A DNA stretch of 64,000 nucleotides from Candidatus Spechtbacteria bacterium RIFCSPLOWO2_12_FULL_38_22 (GCA_001820055.1 MHOK01000005.1:7371-71370); one strand, 5' to 3'. Counted from the first letter of the stretch, positions 37,821 to 48,122 are shown. The notes: generated from the sequence alone by a model not told the origin. Program-made: numbers and translations.

Positions 37821-39734
37821 ATGGATATTTTAAAAAATTTAAACGAAAAACAAAAGCAGGCAGTTAGTATAACTGATGGCCCACTTTTGATTTTGGCGGG
37901 GCCGGGAAGCGGAAAAACACGAACCCTTACACACAAAATTGTTTATTTAATTCTCAAACAAGTAAGCCCTCATAATATACTTGCCGTAACTTTTACAAAC
38001 AAGGCCGCTTCCGAAATGAAAAACCGCGTATCGGGCCTGCTTTCTGGGCCAAATGTTAAAAATCAAATGTCCAGTGTGTCGTCGGCCATGCCGACGATCG
38101 GGACCTTTCACTCCATATGCGTAAAAATTTTACGAACAGAAGCTAAAAACTTGGGTTATAACTCAAGTTTCACTATATATGACAACCAAGATCAGTTAAG
38201 TTTAATAAAAAATATAATGAAAAGCTTTGAAATGGACACTGAACAACTTCCCCCGTCTCGCGTGGCTTCTTTTATAAATGACGCAAAAGATAATTTAGTG
38301 TCGCAGTCAGAATTTCAACTAACGGCGTATAATACAGCCACGGAAAAGACATCAAAAGTGTACAGCGAATATCAAAAAAGGCTGAAAAACATAAATGCTT
38401 TTGATTTTGGCGATCTTATTACGCAGGTTGTGTTCTTGTTTCGAGAAAATAAAAACATTCTAGAAAAATACCAAAATCGTTTTCACTATATTTTGGTGGA
38501 TGAATACCAAGACACAAATACCGCCCAGTACACCTGGTTGAAACTGCTTGCGCAAAAAAACAACAACATCTGTGTAGTAGGGGATGATGCTCAAGCAATA
38601 TATGGTTGGCGCAACGCTAATTTTAGAAATATCTTAAACTTTCAAAAAGATTGGCCTGACGCTGAAATTATAAAATTAGAACAAAATTACAGATCAACCC
38701 AAAACATAGTGCTCGGTGCCTCAAATCTTATTAAAACCAACACTCTTGGCTATCCAAAAAAACTATGGACCGAAAATACTATCGGAGATCCTATATTCAT
38801 ATGCGAACTGGGAAACGAATATGAAGAGAGTGAGTTTATAATAAGCCAAATAGAACGGCTCACTGAACAAAAGCAGTACCAACTTAAAGATTTTGTTGTT
38901 TTATATAGAACAAATGCCCAATCTCGCCCGATAGAACAAATGTTCTTGAAATATGATATACCCTACAAAATAGTTGGCGGGTTAAAATTTTATCAAAGAC
39001 AAGAAGTAAAAGATGTTATTGCTTGGCTGCGCTTGTTACAAAATCCTTACGATGAAGCATCTGTTCAGAGACTCGAGCGATTAAAATTAAAGGATCTGCT
39101 AAAAAATACTCAAAACGAAGCACGGACAAAAAAGCAGGCGATTGGTGTACTGCTTAAAAAAATTAAAGACTGTGCTGGAGAAAACCCCAGTTTAGGTAAA
39201 TTGTTAAAATATGTAATTGAAATATCAAATTTTGAAATTATGTTGCGCGACAGCACAGAGAAGGGGGAGGAAAAATGGCAAAACGTACAAGAACTCTTAT
39301 CCGTCGCCCAAGACTACGGACAAATAAACGTACGGGAAGCCATAGATACCTTCCTAGAAAACGTAACTTTGGCGCAAGAAGCAGATAATATAGAATACAG
39401 CTCACAACTGGTGCACCTAATGACTCTTCATATGGCAAAGGGGTTAGAATTTCCAGTGGTTTTTATTGCAGGATGCGAAGATGGTCTTTTACCTCACTCA
39501 AGTAGCATGACCAGCGTAGAAGAATTAGAAGAAGAGCGTCGTCTTGCATATGTCGGGGTAACGCGAGCAAAAGACAGGGTTTATATGTTATTTGCGCGCC
39601 AACGGATGTTATGGGGAAATATTCAATCTAACCCTCCTAGCAGTTTTCTACATGAACTACCGCAAGAAAATATACAATTTAAACCCCTTTATGAAGAATT
39701 GGAAACAGAAGAAGATATCATAGAAATAGATTAG
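37821..39734 (+). CDS. pcrA: ATP-dependent DNA helicase, UvrD/PcrA family
   Basis: Walker A AGPGSGKTRTL. Helicase motifs II (DEYQDTN) to VI. 637 aa, shorter than typical. Confidence 0.85.
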   Translation: MDILKNLNEKQKQAVSITDGPLLILAGPGSGKTRTLTHKIVYLILKQVSPHNILAVTFTNKAASEMKNRVSGLLSGPNVKNQMSSVSSAMPTIGTFHSICVKILRTEAKNLGYNSSFTIYDNQDQLSLIKNIMKSFEMDTEQLPPSRVASFINDAKDNLVSQSEFQLTAYNTATEKTSKVYSEYQKRLKNINAFDFGDLITQVVFLFRENKNILEKYQNRFHYILVDEYQDTNTAQYTWLKLLAQKNNNICVVGDDAQAIYGWRNANFRNILNFQKDWPDAEIIKLEQNYRSTQNIVLGASNLIKTNTLGYPKKLWTENTIGDPIFICELGNEYEESEFIISQIERLTEQKQYQLKDFVVLYRTNAQSRPIEQMFLKYDIPYKIVGGLKFYQRQEVKDVIAWLRLLQNPYDEASVQRLERLKLKDLLKNTQNEARTKKQAIGVLLKKIKDCAGENPSLGKLLKYVIEISNFEIMLRDSTEKGEEKWQNVQELLSVAQDYGQINVREAIDTFLENVTLAQEADNIEYSSQLVHLMTLHMAKGLEFPVVFIAGCEDGLLPHSSSMTSVEELEEERRLAYVGVTRAKDRVYMLFARQRMLWGNIQSNPPSSFLHELPQENIQFKPLYEELETEEDIIEID

Positions 39735-39769
39735 ATGCTAACTAAATAACATATTACTAAATAACGAAG

Positions 39770-40582
39770 ATGGTGCAAAATATAAAAAACTTATTAGAAA
39801 AATACAATGTAACACCGAACAAAGTGCTGGGGCAAAATTTTTTAATAAACGAAGGTGTCGCAGATGAGCTTATCAAAGCGACGTGCTTAACAAAAGATGA
39901 TACTGTGGTTGAGGTCGGGCCGGGAACGGGTGTCATCACGAAAAAATTAGCGCAGATTGCAAAAAAAGTAATAGCTGTGGAAAAAGACCCTAAACTTATC
40001 CCAATTCTCCAAAAAGAACTAAAAACTTTTCTTAATATTGAAATTATAAACGAGGACATTCTTAAATTCAATCCCGCAAACTACTCACTACAAACTACCT
40101 GCCTACCGGACAGGCAGGCTCACTACTCACTACTTGGCGCCCCTCCCTATTATCTGACCGGACGCCTGTTTCGTCACTTTTTAGAACTCTCTCTTATTCG
40201 ACCGACACAAATCTCCCTTATTATACAGAAAAATGTCGCTCAAAGAATTATTGCAAAACCACCAAAATCTAATATCCTAGCAACATCTATTCAATTTTAT
40301 GGAGAACCAAGTATTATCAATATAATTTCTAAAAACTCTTTTTGGCCCCGACCCAAAGTTGATTCTGCTATTTTGGTGATTAAAGATATAAAAAATCCTA
40401 CCACAAATGAGCAAAACTTTTTTAAAATTGTGCGCGCTGGCTTTTCTTCACCAAGAAAACAGCTCAAATCAAACCTAAAACAACAATTTAAACTAGATAC
40501 GGCGTTGGAAATAGACTTTTCGCGCAGAGCAGAAACACTCACCATAAAAGAATGGGCATACTTAACAGAAAAACTGCGCTAG
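39770..40582 (+). CDS. rsmA: 16S rRNA (adenine1518/1519-N6)-dimethyltransferase
   Basis: VLGQNFLINEGV ... VVEVGPGTGVITKKL SAM-binding motif. Degenerate NLPYNIS region (APPYYLTG). Contains a 42-bp palindrome-bearing insertion at 40080-40133. Confidence 0.85.
   Translation: MVQNIKNLLEKYNVTPNKVLGQNFLINEGVADELIKATCLTKDDTVVEVGPGTGVITKKLAQIAKKVIAVEKDPKLIPILQKELKTFLNIEIINEDILKFNPANYSLQTTCLPDRQAHYSLLGAPPYYLTGRLFRHFLELSLIRPTQISLIIQKNVAQRIIAKPPKSNILATSIQFYGEPSIINIISKNSFWPRPKVDSAILVIKDIKNPTTNEQNFFKIVRAGFSSPRKQLKSNLKQQFKLDTALEIDFSRRAETLTIKEWAYLTEKLR
40080..40133 (+). repeat. Palindromic mini-element with 12-bp flanking direct repeats inside the rsmA reading frame
   Basis: ACTACTCACTAC-AAACTA-CCTGCCTACCGGACAGGCAGG-CTC-ACTACTCACTAC. 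The palindrome matches the inner module of family A repeats (CCTGCCTACCGCAGGCAGGC). Confidence 0.5.
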
Positions 40583-40591
40583 CGCAGTTTT

Positions 40592-43021
40592 TTGTTAGGG
40601 GAAAACTTCTTGAGCAAACGTGCTCTTCTATTGTATAATAAATCTATAACTAGTATGGATTTTTATAGAAAACTCCGCAAATTTTTTATTACAAAAAATC
40701 TGCATATGTCGCAGAGTATTCTTAGTATTTCGCTGTCCATAAGATACTCAAAATACTTCCTCACAGCTATCGTTTTTGTAGTATTTGGGGGATTTTTCTT
40801 TTCAGCGCAACCAACAGACGCGTTCGGATTTTTAGCGTGGTTCGGTGTTGGTTTATTAGCGGATATACTTACTGGTGGACACGTCTTAAGTGCCGTAGCA
40901 GCACCCTTCTTCGAAGCCTTAATGAAGATATTGACCGAATTTATATTTCCAATTGTTGAAGCTGTCATAACCTCAATATTATCCTTCATAAACTTCTTAC
41001 TCACTGGAATTGTATATGTGGCAAAAACCATAATGGAGTTTGCTTTAAACTTTTCCCTTACCGCTCCTTACACAGACACAAGCCAAGGAGTTATAAAAGC
41101 CGCATGGCCGATATTTAGAGATTTGGCAAATATGGGACTTATTCTAGTACTAGTAGCTATCGGCATCGGGACAATACTTAACCTAAAGACAAACCGCAAC
41201 CAATTGATGCCCTTTATTATAATCGCGTTTCTAATTAACTTTACTCCGATGCTTACGGGCATCGTTATAGATTTAAGTAACTTAACCGCACGTATCTTTT
41301 TTGACGCGGCGCAAAATGCCTCAAACGCGTTTCTAGCTGGGAATCCATTTTCAGGTTCAATGGACAGACTTGGGGGAAGCATACCACTAATAGGTAGAGG
41401 AATATCAGGAGATGCGTTCGGAGCAACAGATTTTTCTGGCATCTCAATTTTTGCCATAATGACTACCATATTTTTACTTGTCCTAATTTTTGCGTACTTA
41501 CTGCTAGGCGCGCTATTTTTGGGTAGAACTTTGGCGCTTTGGTTGCTTGTTATATTTTCTCCTATAGCGTTTGTGGCTTATATACTTCCCTCGACCAGAA
41601 AAGTTTTTGATAACTGGTGGAACAACTTTTTAAAATGGTCCCTCATCGCAATACCCCTTATATTCTCTTTGTGGCTAGCGGGTATATTTTTACATAACAC
41701 AAGTGTTGGTTGTCAGGCGATATCTCAAAGTGCGATAGAACAAAATATTGGCGAAAACTTAGAGGAAAACGACGGAACAATAACAGGAGAGTCGTCGTTA
41801 GCAGGAGATGACTACGCAACCATACTTTATCCTGTAACCGCCGCGCAAACCAATACCGGCACAAATATGATTTGCGGAATTACATCTATGATATTTGCTC
41901 TTGGGACGCTATTTGTTGGCATATCTATGAGCTTAAAAAGTTCTGCCACAGGGGCGAACATTATAATATCGCGCGCTAAAAAACTGAAAGATGCGATGAT
42001 GAAAAAAGCTTCAAAGTGGGCAGGCACTGAAGCTGAAAAAAGGGGAAGACAACTTACGGCAAGACCGCTTTCAAAAGCGGGGCAGGGCTTGGCAGATTCT
42101 CGCCTTGGGCGCAGCGCTCTAGGGTCACCACTTCGCAACCTCGGGCTTGCGATGCAACGCCCTGCTGTAAAATGGGCTCAACAATATAAAGAGCACGAAA
42201 AGAAATTCCAAGGCATGAGCTGGGAACAAATGAAAGGAATGTTGTTTGAACGCACAGACAAAGGGTCTGCTGCGTGGGCATACGCCGCTAAAAACCACGC
42301 CGGAGATTTAAGAAAAACCTTAGATGATCCAAAAACTGGAGGTGGCCTAAGAAAAGTTATGAAAGCAAAGATGAAAAAAGCTAATTTACGAGGCGATGAC
42401 TCTATGAAAGAGGTAGAAAAAATTGATCCAAAAACCGCAGCAGAAACAAAACATGCCGGTATCAGTGATGAAGGAAAACGACTAGATGCTATAAAAAATG
42501 AAATACATAAGATAGTAGAAAAGCTAGATGACAAAGCGGTCGCAAACCTATCTAATTCGTCTCTGGGAGATACTAGAGTTGTAAAAGCGCTAGAGGAACA
42601 AGGCAAGTTAACTAAGGGTGCCATTGAAAATCTGGCAAAAGAAGAAACACGACTTGCAACGCTGGACACCATTCTGCAAGAAAACTACAAAAAAGAATTG
42701 GTCAAAGAATTAAAGAAAATGACATCAGAAGAAAGAATAAAAACATTTGGATCAGTTGGATCACTTATAGCGAGAGGGGGGGATTTATCACCCGAAGCAT
42801 ACAAAAAATTCCTATCAAGTCCTGAAAACTATAAAAAAATGTTGCGATACAAAAAGGATAAAAGTGGGGGGCGTGTTAGCCCGTACTTGGAAACCATAGA
42901 GGCTCACCCTTATGCGGCGGCGTTTCACTTCACAACCAAAGAATCTGTCCGGGAAGGACTAACAAAAAAAGATTTCGAGACTTTTAGAAAAGAAATGACC
43001 TCAAAGGAAGATAAAAAATAA
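40592..43021 (+). CDS. VirB6/TrbL-like polytopic membrane protein with long hydrophilic C-terminal domain
   Basis: ~8-10 TM helices in the first ~400 aa. Charged Lys/Ala-rich ~400-aa C-terminal extension. Position at the head of the VirB3/VirB4 cluster. True start may be 40655 or 40706. Confidence 0.45.
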   Translation: MLGENFLSKRALLLYNKSITSMDFYRKLRKFFITKNLHMSQSILSISLSIRYSKYFLTAIVFVVFGGFFFSAQPTDAFGFLAWFGVGLLADILTGGHVLSAVAAPFFEALMKILTEFIFPIVEAVITSILSFINFLLTGIVYVAKTIMEFALNFSLTAPYTDTSQGVIKAAWPIFRDLANMGLILVLVAIGIGTILNLKTNRNQLMPFIIIAFLINFTPMLTGIVIDLSNLTARIFFDAAQNASNAFLAGNPFSGSMDRLGGSIPLIGRGISGDAFGATDFSGISIFAIMTTIFLLVLIFAYLLLGALFLGRTLALWLLVIFSPIAFVAYILPSTRKVFDNWWNNFLKWSLIAIPLIFSLWLAGIFLHNTSVGCQAISQSAIEQNIGENLEENDGTITGESSLAGDDYATILYPVTAAQTNTGTNMICGITSMIFALGTLFVGISMSLKSSATGANIIISRAKKLKDAMMKKASKWAGTEAEKRGRQLTARPLSKAGQGLADSRLGRSALGSPLRNLGLAMQRPAVKWAQQYKEHEKKFQGMSWEQMKGMLFERTDKGSAAWAYAAKNHAGDLRKTLDDPKTGGGLRKVMKAKMKKANLRGDDSMKEVEKIDPKTAAETKHAGISDEGKRLDAIKNEIHKIVEKLDDKAVANLSNSSLGDTRVVKALEEQGKLTKGAIENLAKEETRLATLDTILQENYKKELVKELKKMTSEERIKTFGSVGSLIARGGDLSPEAYKKFLSSPENYKKMLRYKKDKSGGRVSPYLETIEAHPYAAAFHFTTKESVREGLTKKDFETFRKEMTSKEDKK

Positions 43022-43035
43022 CAAACACAAACATT

Positions 43036-43611
43036 ATGTTGGATATTGCCCTTAATAACTACGTACAAGCATTTGATACAACTCCGCAGAAGATAAAGGA
43101 TGTGCTTTTTGCCGACTTTACATCATCGGCAATAAAAAACATTACTCACCGACATAACGCGCAAAATAACATGCTGGATATATCTGCAACCATTGGTTAT
43201 GTACTAGTTGGCCTTATTCCCGTAAAAAACATTATTGAAGTTTTAAAATTAGAAGCGCAACTTGATCAAAACACAGCTCGCAATATAGCCTATGACATAC
43301 GCGAACAGATATTCGCGCCCATAGCTCAAGAACTTGCTTCAATACAAGCGCAAGCGCAAAACAGTTGGGGACAAATCAACGTACTTCAACCGCAAACAAT
43401 GCTTACTGTAGCTCCTGTTTTAGACGAATCAATCACAAGAGAAAAACTACAAATGATTCCTCCTGCGTTACAAGACCATCCTGCCCTAGAACTCCCCACA
43501 AAAGTAGCGCCCGCCCCGCCTCAAAACTTGCCAACAGAACCAAAAGCAATAGACAATATTCCGCCCGACAATCGAATAGATTTAAGAGACAAAAGAGATA
43601 CAAGGTTTTAA
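43036..43611 (+). CDS. Hypothetical soluble protein in the T4SS-like cluster
   Basis: 191 aa. No TM. Gln/Pro-rich C-terminus. Confidence 0.3.
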   Translation: MLDIALNNYVQAFDTTPQKIKDVLFADFTSSAIKNITHRHNAQNNMLDISATIGYVLVGLIPVKNIIEVLKLEAQLDQNTARNIAYDIREQIFAPIAQELASIQAQAQNSWGQINVLQPQTMLTVAPVLDESITREKLQMIPPALQDHPALELPTKVAPAPPQNLPTEPKAIDNIPPDNRIDLRDKRDTRF

Positions 43612-43634
43612 CGCCTACTGATAAACCCGTACAC

Positions 43635-43695
43635 TATTACTAGATTGCAGAAGTACCAAATTACTAGATTACAAAATTACTAAATTACCAGATTT
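43635..43695 (+). repeat. Upstream repeat module (family U), 5' of the VirB3-like gene
   Basis: ATTACTAGATTGCAGAAGTACCAAATTACTAGATTACAAAATTACTAAATTACCAGATTTG. Confidence 0.5.
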
Positions 43696-43717
43696 GTTAT
43701 CTTGTTATTTAATTATA

Positions 43718-44119
43718 ATGCAATATTCAACTCCACAATTTATAGACAGGGAACAAAAGCTGCTGGGGCCACTAACTGTACACCAAACAGTTATTCTTGG
43801 TTTAACTACTGTGTTTTTGGTAATATCCTATTTTATATTTAATTTCTTTTTGTTTAGCGTGTTACTCGTAATTCTTGGAGGCACGAGTATCTCAATATCT
43901 TTTATTAAAATAAACGACAGACCAGTATACCAGTTTGTAACTTCTTTTTTTGGATATTTTTTAAAACCCCGCATATACATATGGCAAGGAGAATCTCAAA
44001 ATCCTGTTGCGCAACCTCAAACCACGCAAAAGACACAACAAGAAACTGAGCCTCAAAAGAGATCTCCCCAAATTACAAAAAAAGAACTAGAAGAACTGAC
44101 AGAATTTCTTAACAAATAA
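43718..44119 (+). CDS. VirB3-like small membrane protein
   Basis: Two adjacent TM helices near the N-terminus. Immediately upstream of VirB4. The ORF track starts at TTG 43694. Confidence 0.3.
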   Translation: MQYSTPQFIDREQKLLGPLTVHQTVILGLTTVFLVISYFIFNFFLFSVLLVILGGTSISISFIKINDRPVYQFVTSFFGYFLKPRIYIWQGESQNPVAQPQTTQKTQQETEPQKRSPQITKKELEELTEFLNK

Positions 44120-44120
44120 T

Positions 44121-44771
44121 ATGGCACAACCCTCAACTCAACAATTTATACCGATAGATAATATAAGAGATGATGTGGTTATTTTAAAAGGCGGGCAAAT
44201 GCGCGCTGTTTTACAAGTATCCAGCATAAACTTGGCCCTAAAATCGCAAGACGAACAGGACGCAATAATTCAAAGTTACGGAGCGTTTCTTAATTCTCTA
44301 GAATTCCCGATACAGATACTCGCAAATTCCCGCTATATGAACCTAGACGAATATCTTAAAAACCTCAACGACATGATAGAGAAACAGCCATCCGAACTGA
44401 TGCAGATACAAACCCAAGAATATATAAATTTTATACAAGAATTCTTGTCACAAGACTATGTAGTATCTACAAACTTTTACGTTACGGTGCCCTTCAGTCT
44501 GGTTGATATAGATATTCAAAAGGGCGGTGCGCAAGAAAGATTTAAAGCCTTACTTGGAAAACAAAGCGAACTATCCTATATAGACCCCAAAGAATTTGTA
44601 TCTTACAGGAACCAACTAGTGCAGAGGGTTGAATTTATAGCAAGCGGTTTGCACAGAATGGGACTTGTTATAGATATGCTAAACACCGAACAGTTAATAT
44701 CCTTGTTTTGGAGCTTGTACAATCCCGAGGACTTAAAAAAAAGGTCTTTAGTAAAATCATTATTTGAATAA
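44121..44771 (+). CDS. VirB4/TrbE-family protein, N-terminal domain encoded as a separate ORF
   Basis: IPIDNIRDDVVILKGGQMRAVLQVSSINLALKSQDEQDAI... resembles the VirB4 N-terminal domain. Stop TAA overlaps the next ORF's start (TAATATG). Confidence 0.55.
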   Translation: MAQPSTQQFIPIDNIRDDVVILKGGQMRAVLQVSSINLALKSQDEQDAIIQSYGAFLNSLEFPIQILANSRYMNLDEYLKNLNDMIEKQPSELMQIQTQEYINFIQEFLSQDYVVSTNFYVTVPFSLVDIDIQKGGAQERFKALLGKQSELSYIDPKEFVSYRNQLVQRVEFIASGLHRMGLVIDMLNTEQLISLFWSLYNPEDLKKRSLVKSLFE

Positions 44772-46542
44772 TATGAAGCAGCTTGACGCACAACAAATCA
44801 ACCAGAAAGAACTTGAGCAAGAAAAAAAAAGGCGTTTAATAAATGTCCTGGCACCTCCGGTGGTAGAAATTGAAGCAGATTTTATAAAATTAGGTGGAGT
44901 ATTTGTTCGTACATTATTTATATCAAGTTACCCTAGATTTCTTTCACAAAACTGGATCAGTCCAATTATAAATTTGGACGAAACTGTTGATGTGTCCATA
45001 TTTATACAACCGATACCAACAGAATCTGTGCTTAAAAAACTGGAAAGCCAACTGACCGGCGTGGAAGCAGATATGATGGAGCGAGAAAAAAAGGGGCTGA
45101 TTCGCGACCCATTGCTTGAAGCGGCGTATACAAATATAGAAGATTTGAGAGATAAAATGCAAACCTCAGAAGAGAGGGTATTTAAGTTTGGGTTATATTT
45201 AATGCTTTACGGAAAAACAAAAGAAGCGCTTGAAGATGTTGAAAATAAAATTAAATCCCTACTGGAAAGTAGATTGATATACGCAAAACCCGTTGTATAC
45301 AAACAAGAACAGGGAATCGTGGGTGGACTACCTCTGGGTATAGACAACCTTAAATTAAACACGAGCCTAAACACATCATCGCTTTCTGCGTCTTTCCCTT
45401 TTGTTTCTTTTGACTTATCGGACAACAAGGGCATTCTTTATGGAATTAACCGACACAATTCAAGCCTAATACTATTTGACCGTTTCTCCTTAGAAAACGC
45501 AAATACTGTGGTTTTAGGAAAAAGTGGGGGGGGTAAAAGTTATGCTGTAAAATTAGAGATTCTGCGCTCTTTAATGCTTGGCATAGACAATATTGTAATA
45601 GATCCAGAAAATGAGTATAAATATCTTGCGGAAGCGACAGGAGGCAGTTTTTTTCATATATCGCTTACAAGCGGGGACCATATAAACCCTTTTGATATAC
45701 CCCAACCCCAACCAGACGATAAACCTCAAGAGGTTTATCGGGCTAATGTAATAACCTTAATGGGACTACTCAAACTTATGCTGGGCTCTATGACCCCAGA
45801 AGAAGAAAGCGTTTTAAATGAAGCAATAGACCAAACTTATGCCTCATACGATATTACAGCGGACACAGAGAGTTTCTGGAAAAAATCTCCACCCCTAATG
45901 AGAGACCTCCAGGCCGTGCTAGAAAGCATGCAAGGGGGAGAAGCGCTTGGACAACGGTTAGAAAAATATACGAAAGGCATCTATTCAGGATTTTTAAACG
46001 AAAGAACAAACGTAGAGCTAAACGACCAGCTGGTTGTTTTAAGCATAAGGGATATGGAAGAGGAACTGCGCCCAATAGCCATGTATATAATAATTGACTA
46101 TATCTGGGGAGCTATACGGCGGGAGCTTAAAAAAAGAATTTTAACAATAGACGAGGCTTGGTGGATGCTACAACAAAAAGAAAGTGCCTCGTTTTTGTTT
46201 GGAATTGCAAAACGAGCTCGTAAATACTTTTTGGGGTTAACAACTATCTCCCAAGATATAGCAGATTTTTTAAGCAGTGACTACGGCCGCGCTATTATTG
46301 CAAATTCTTCACTTCAAATTTTAATGAAGCAGTCTCCAACCACAATAGACCAAGTGCAAGAAGTATTTAATTTGACAGATGAAGAAAAACTACTGTTACT
46401 GGAGGACAATGTGGGCGAGGGTTTGTTTTTTGCGGGAACCAAGCATGTCGCCATAAAAATAATGTCCTCCTACATAGAAGACCAAATAATAACATCCGAC
46501 CCAGAGCAACTGCTTGAAATAAAAAGAATGAAAGAAAATTAA
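44764..46542 (+). CDS. VirB4/TrbE-family T4SS ATPase, C-terminal ATPase domain
   Basis: Walker A VVLGKSGGGKSY. DPENEY motif. Walker B ILTIDEAWWML. Probable ATG start at 44773. Confidence 0.85.
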   Translation: MNNMKQLDAQQINQKELEQEKKRRLINVLAPPVVEIEADFIKLGGVFVRTLFISSYPRFLSQNWISPIINLDETVDVSIFIQPIPTESVLKKLESQLTGVEADMMEREKKGLIRDPLLEAAYTNIEDLRDKMQTSEERVFKFGLYLMLYGKTKEALEDVENKIKSLLESRLIYAKPVVYKQEQGIVGGLPLGIDNLKLNTSLNTSSLSASFPFVSFDLSDNKGILYGINRHNSSLILFDRFSLENANTVVLGKSGGGKSYAVKLEILRSLMLGIDNIVIDPENEYKYLAEATGGSFFHISLTSGDHINPFDIPQPQPDDKPQEVYRANVITLMGLLKLMLGSMTPEEESVLNEAIDQTYASYDITADTESFWKKSPPLMRDLQAVLESMQGGEALGQRLEKYTKGIYSGFLNERTNVELNDQLVVLSIRDMEEELRPIAMYIIIDYIWGAIRRELKKRILTIDEAWWMLQQKESASFLFGIAKRARKYFLGLTTISQDIADFLSSDYGRAIIANSSLQILMKQSPTTIDQVQEVFNLTDEEKLLLLEDNVGEGLFFAGTKHVAIKIMSSYIEDQIITSDPEQLLEIKRMKEN

Positions 46543-46543
46543 T

Positions 46544-46897
46544 ATGGCTTTGCTCCACAAGAAATTAAAAAAGCGTATAGAAAAAGAATCTGTGTGGGGA
46601 GATAACTTCTTAATATTATTCTGGGCTATATTTATAGACATTATAGGATTTATTTCCGGATTATTGGGATTTCTTATTGTTCCTATAATATTTTCTAACA
46701 TTCTAAGTTCCATAGCCGGTATTCCTATTTTTGTTTGGGGTTATAAAAAATATAAAAAACGCGGAGGCTTTGGTGTTTGGAAATACATAAAACAAGTCTG
46801 GAGGACATCTCTAGCAGAAACGCTTGTAAGCCCGGGACCATGGTTAACTTTATTCGTAAGAAAAACAATACGAGGTAAAAAAATATTTAAATTCTAA
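46544..46897 (+). CDS. Small membrane protein in the T4SS-like cluster
   Basis: 117 aa. Basic N-terminus and 2-3 TM helices. Confidence 0.35.
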   Translation: MALLHKKLKKRIEKESVWGDNFLILFWAIFIDIIGFISGLLGFLIVPIIFSNILSSIAGIPIFVWGYKKYKKRGGFGVWKYIKQVWRTSLAETLVSPGPWLTLFVRKTIRGKKIFKF

Positions 46898-46898
46898 A

Positions 46899-48122
46899 AT
46901 GCTAAACTTCACAAAAAAGTCCACAAGCATTCTTGCGCTCTTCATACTAGTTTTTGGCGGTTGGGGTATAAACGCAAACACGCATGACACACGAGAAGCT
47001 GATATAATATATACTCCGCCATCCGAAGCAACTACCACAGCGGGAGAACCCATAGAACTGGGACCTATAAAATGCAACGTTAACTGGCCACGAATTCCTA
47101 TTCCGGGCGGAACTTTTGACCTAAACGAGTACTGCCAACCGGGCGCTTCAATAAGTATCGGCACCGTGATTGCCGCAATATATGCAACAGCACTCTGGCT
47201 TGGCGGTTTAATCGCATTTGGCGCTTTGTTTTATTCAGGGTTTTTATATATATTTTCTGGAAATGTTCCGGCAAATCGGTCTAAAGCGCGGGGTATGCTA
47301 GTTAATGTAGCATGGGGCATGGGAATACTACTACTTTCCTGGGTAACGCTCAGGTTGATAAATCCAGATATAACTAACCTAAAATTCCAAGAACCTCAAA
47401 AAACTAGAGTATGTCTGGACGCCAATCAGATAAACTGCATACCGGTGCCGGGTTTTATAGGAAGAGTCTCCTATAGCCCATACAATGCCGGAGATCCCTT
47501 GGAATCGGCTAGATGTATCGGGACAGGAGATGTGCGAGTGGGAGACTCCACTCTAAACAGTCTGGCAAATATTATGTGTGAAAGCGAAGAACTACTTAGA
47601 AAAGACGCCCATTCTTACCTAATACAGGCTGTCGGAAATTCAAATTGTTCTCAAGAGGATGTGGATGCGCTGTTGTTAAAAACAGAAACACTATGTCCTG
47701 CGAACCAGCCCGGAGATGAAGCGCTGGGAATAACCGGGGACACTGTGTCAACTGGTTTATGCTACTGGCAAGGACAATACGGTGGGGGAGCAGGAATATC
47801 TTTTGGAGCAAGCGGAGCTGTATATTTTCCGAATGACTATCTAGGCGATGCAGCTGATGATTTTTTGGAAATTGCTAACCTAGACATAATTGATGCTACG
47901 TCTCCCAGTGCCGAATTCGTTAATGCTATTCAAAAAAACCTTGACGCTGTTTTTGACTATTGTTCAAACGAAGATTCTAACCCCAACATCTGCATACTAC
48001 TGGACGAAGACGAATCCAACATCGCTGACCTAAACCCAGCACGAAGGGAGGCGCTACGTTGTTTCTGCACCAGGGACATATTACCATCCAAGTGGAACCC
48101 ATCTTTCCCTGAATGCAACTAA
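46899..48122 (+). CDS. Exported protein: VirB2/TrbC-like two-helix module fused to a Cys-rich ectodomain
   Basis: Signal peptide. Residues ~67-165 read IPGGTFDLNEYC...GGLIAFGALFYSGFLYIFSGNVPANRSKARGMLVNVAWGMGILLLSWVTLRLINPD, paralogous to the 23820 and 48132 proteins. C-terminal ~240 aa has 14 Cys. Confidence 0.45.
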   Translation: MLNFTKKSTSILALFILVFGGWGINANTHDTREADIIYTPPSEATTTAGEPIELGPIKCNVNWPRIPIPGGTFDLNEYCQPGASISIGTVIAAIYATALWLGGLIAFGALFYSGFLYIFSGNVPANRSKARGMLVNVAWGMGILLLSWVTLRLINPDITNLKFQEPQKTRVCLDANQINCIPVPGFIGRVSYSPYNAGDPLESARCIGTGDVRVGDSTLNSLANIMCESEELLRKDAHSYLIQAVGNSNCSQEDVDALLLKTETLCPANQPGDEALGITGDTVSTGLCYWQGQYGGGAGISFGASGAVYFPNDYLGDAADDFLEIANLDIIDATSPSAEFVNAIQKNLDAVFDYCSNEDSNPNICILLDEDESNIADLNPARREALRCFCTRDILPSKWNPSFPECN

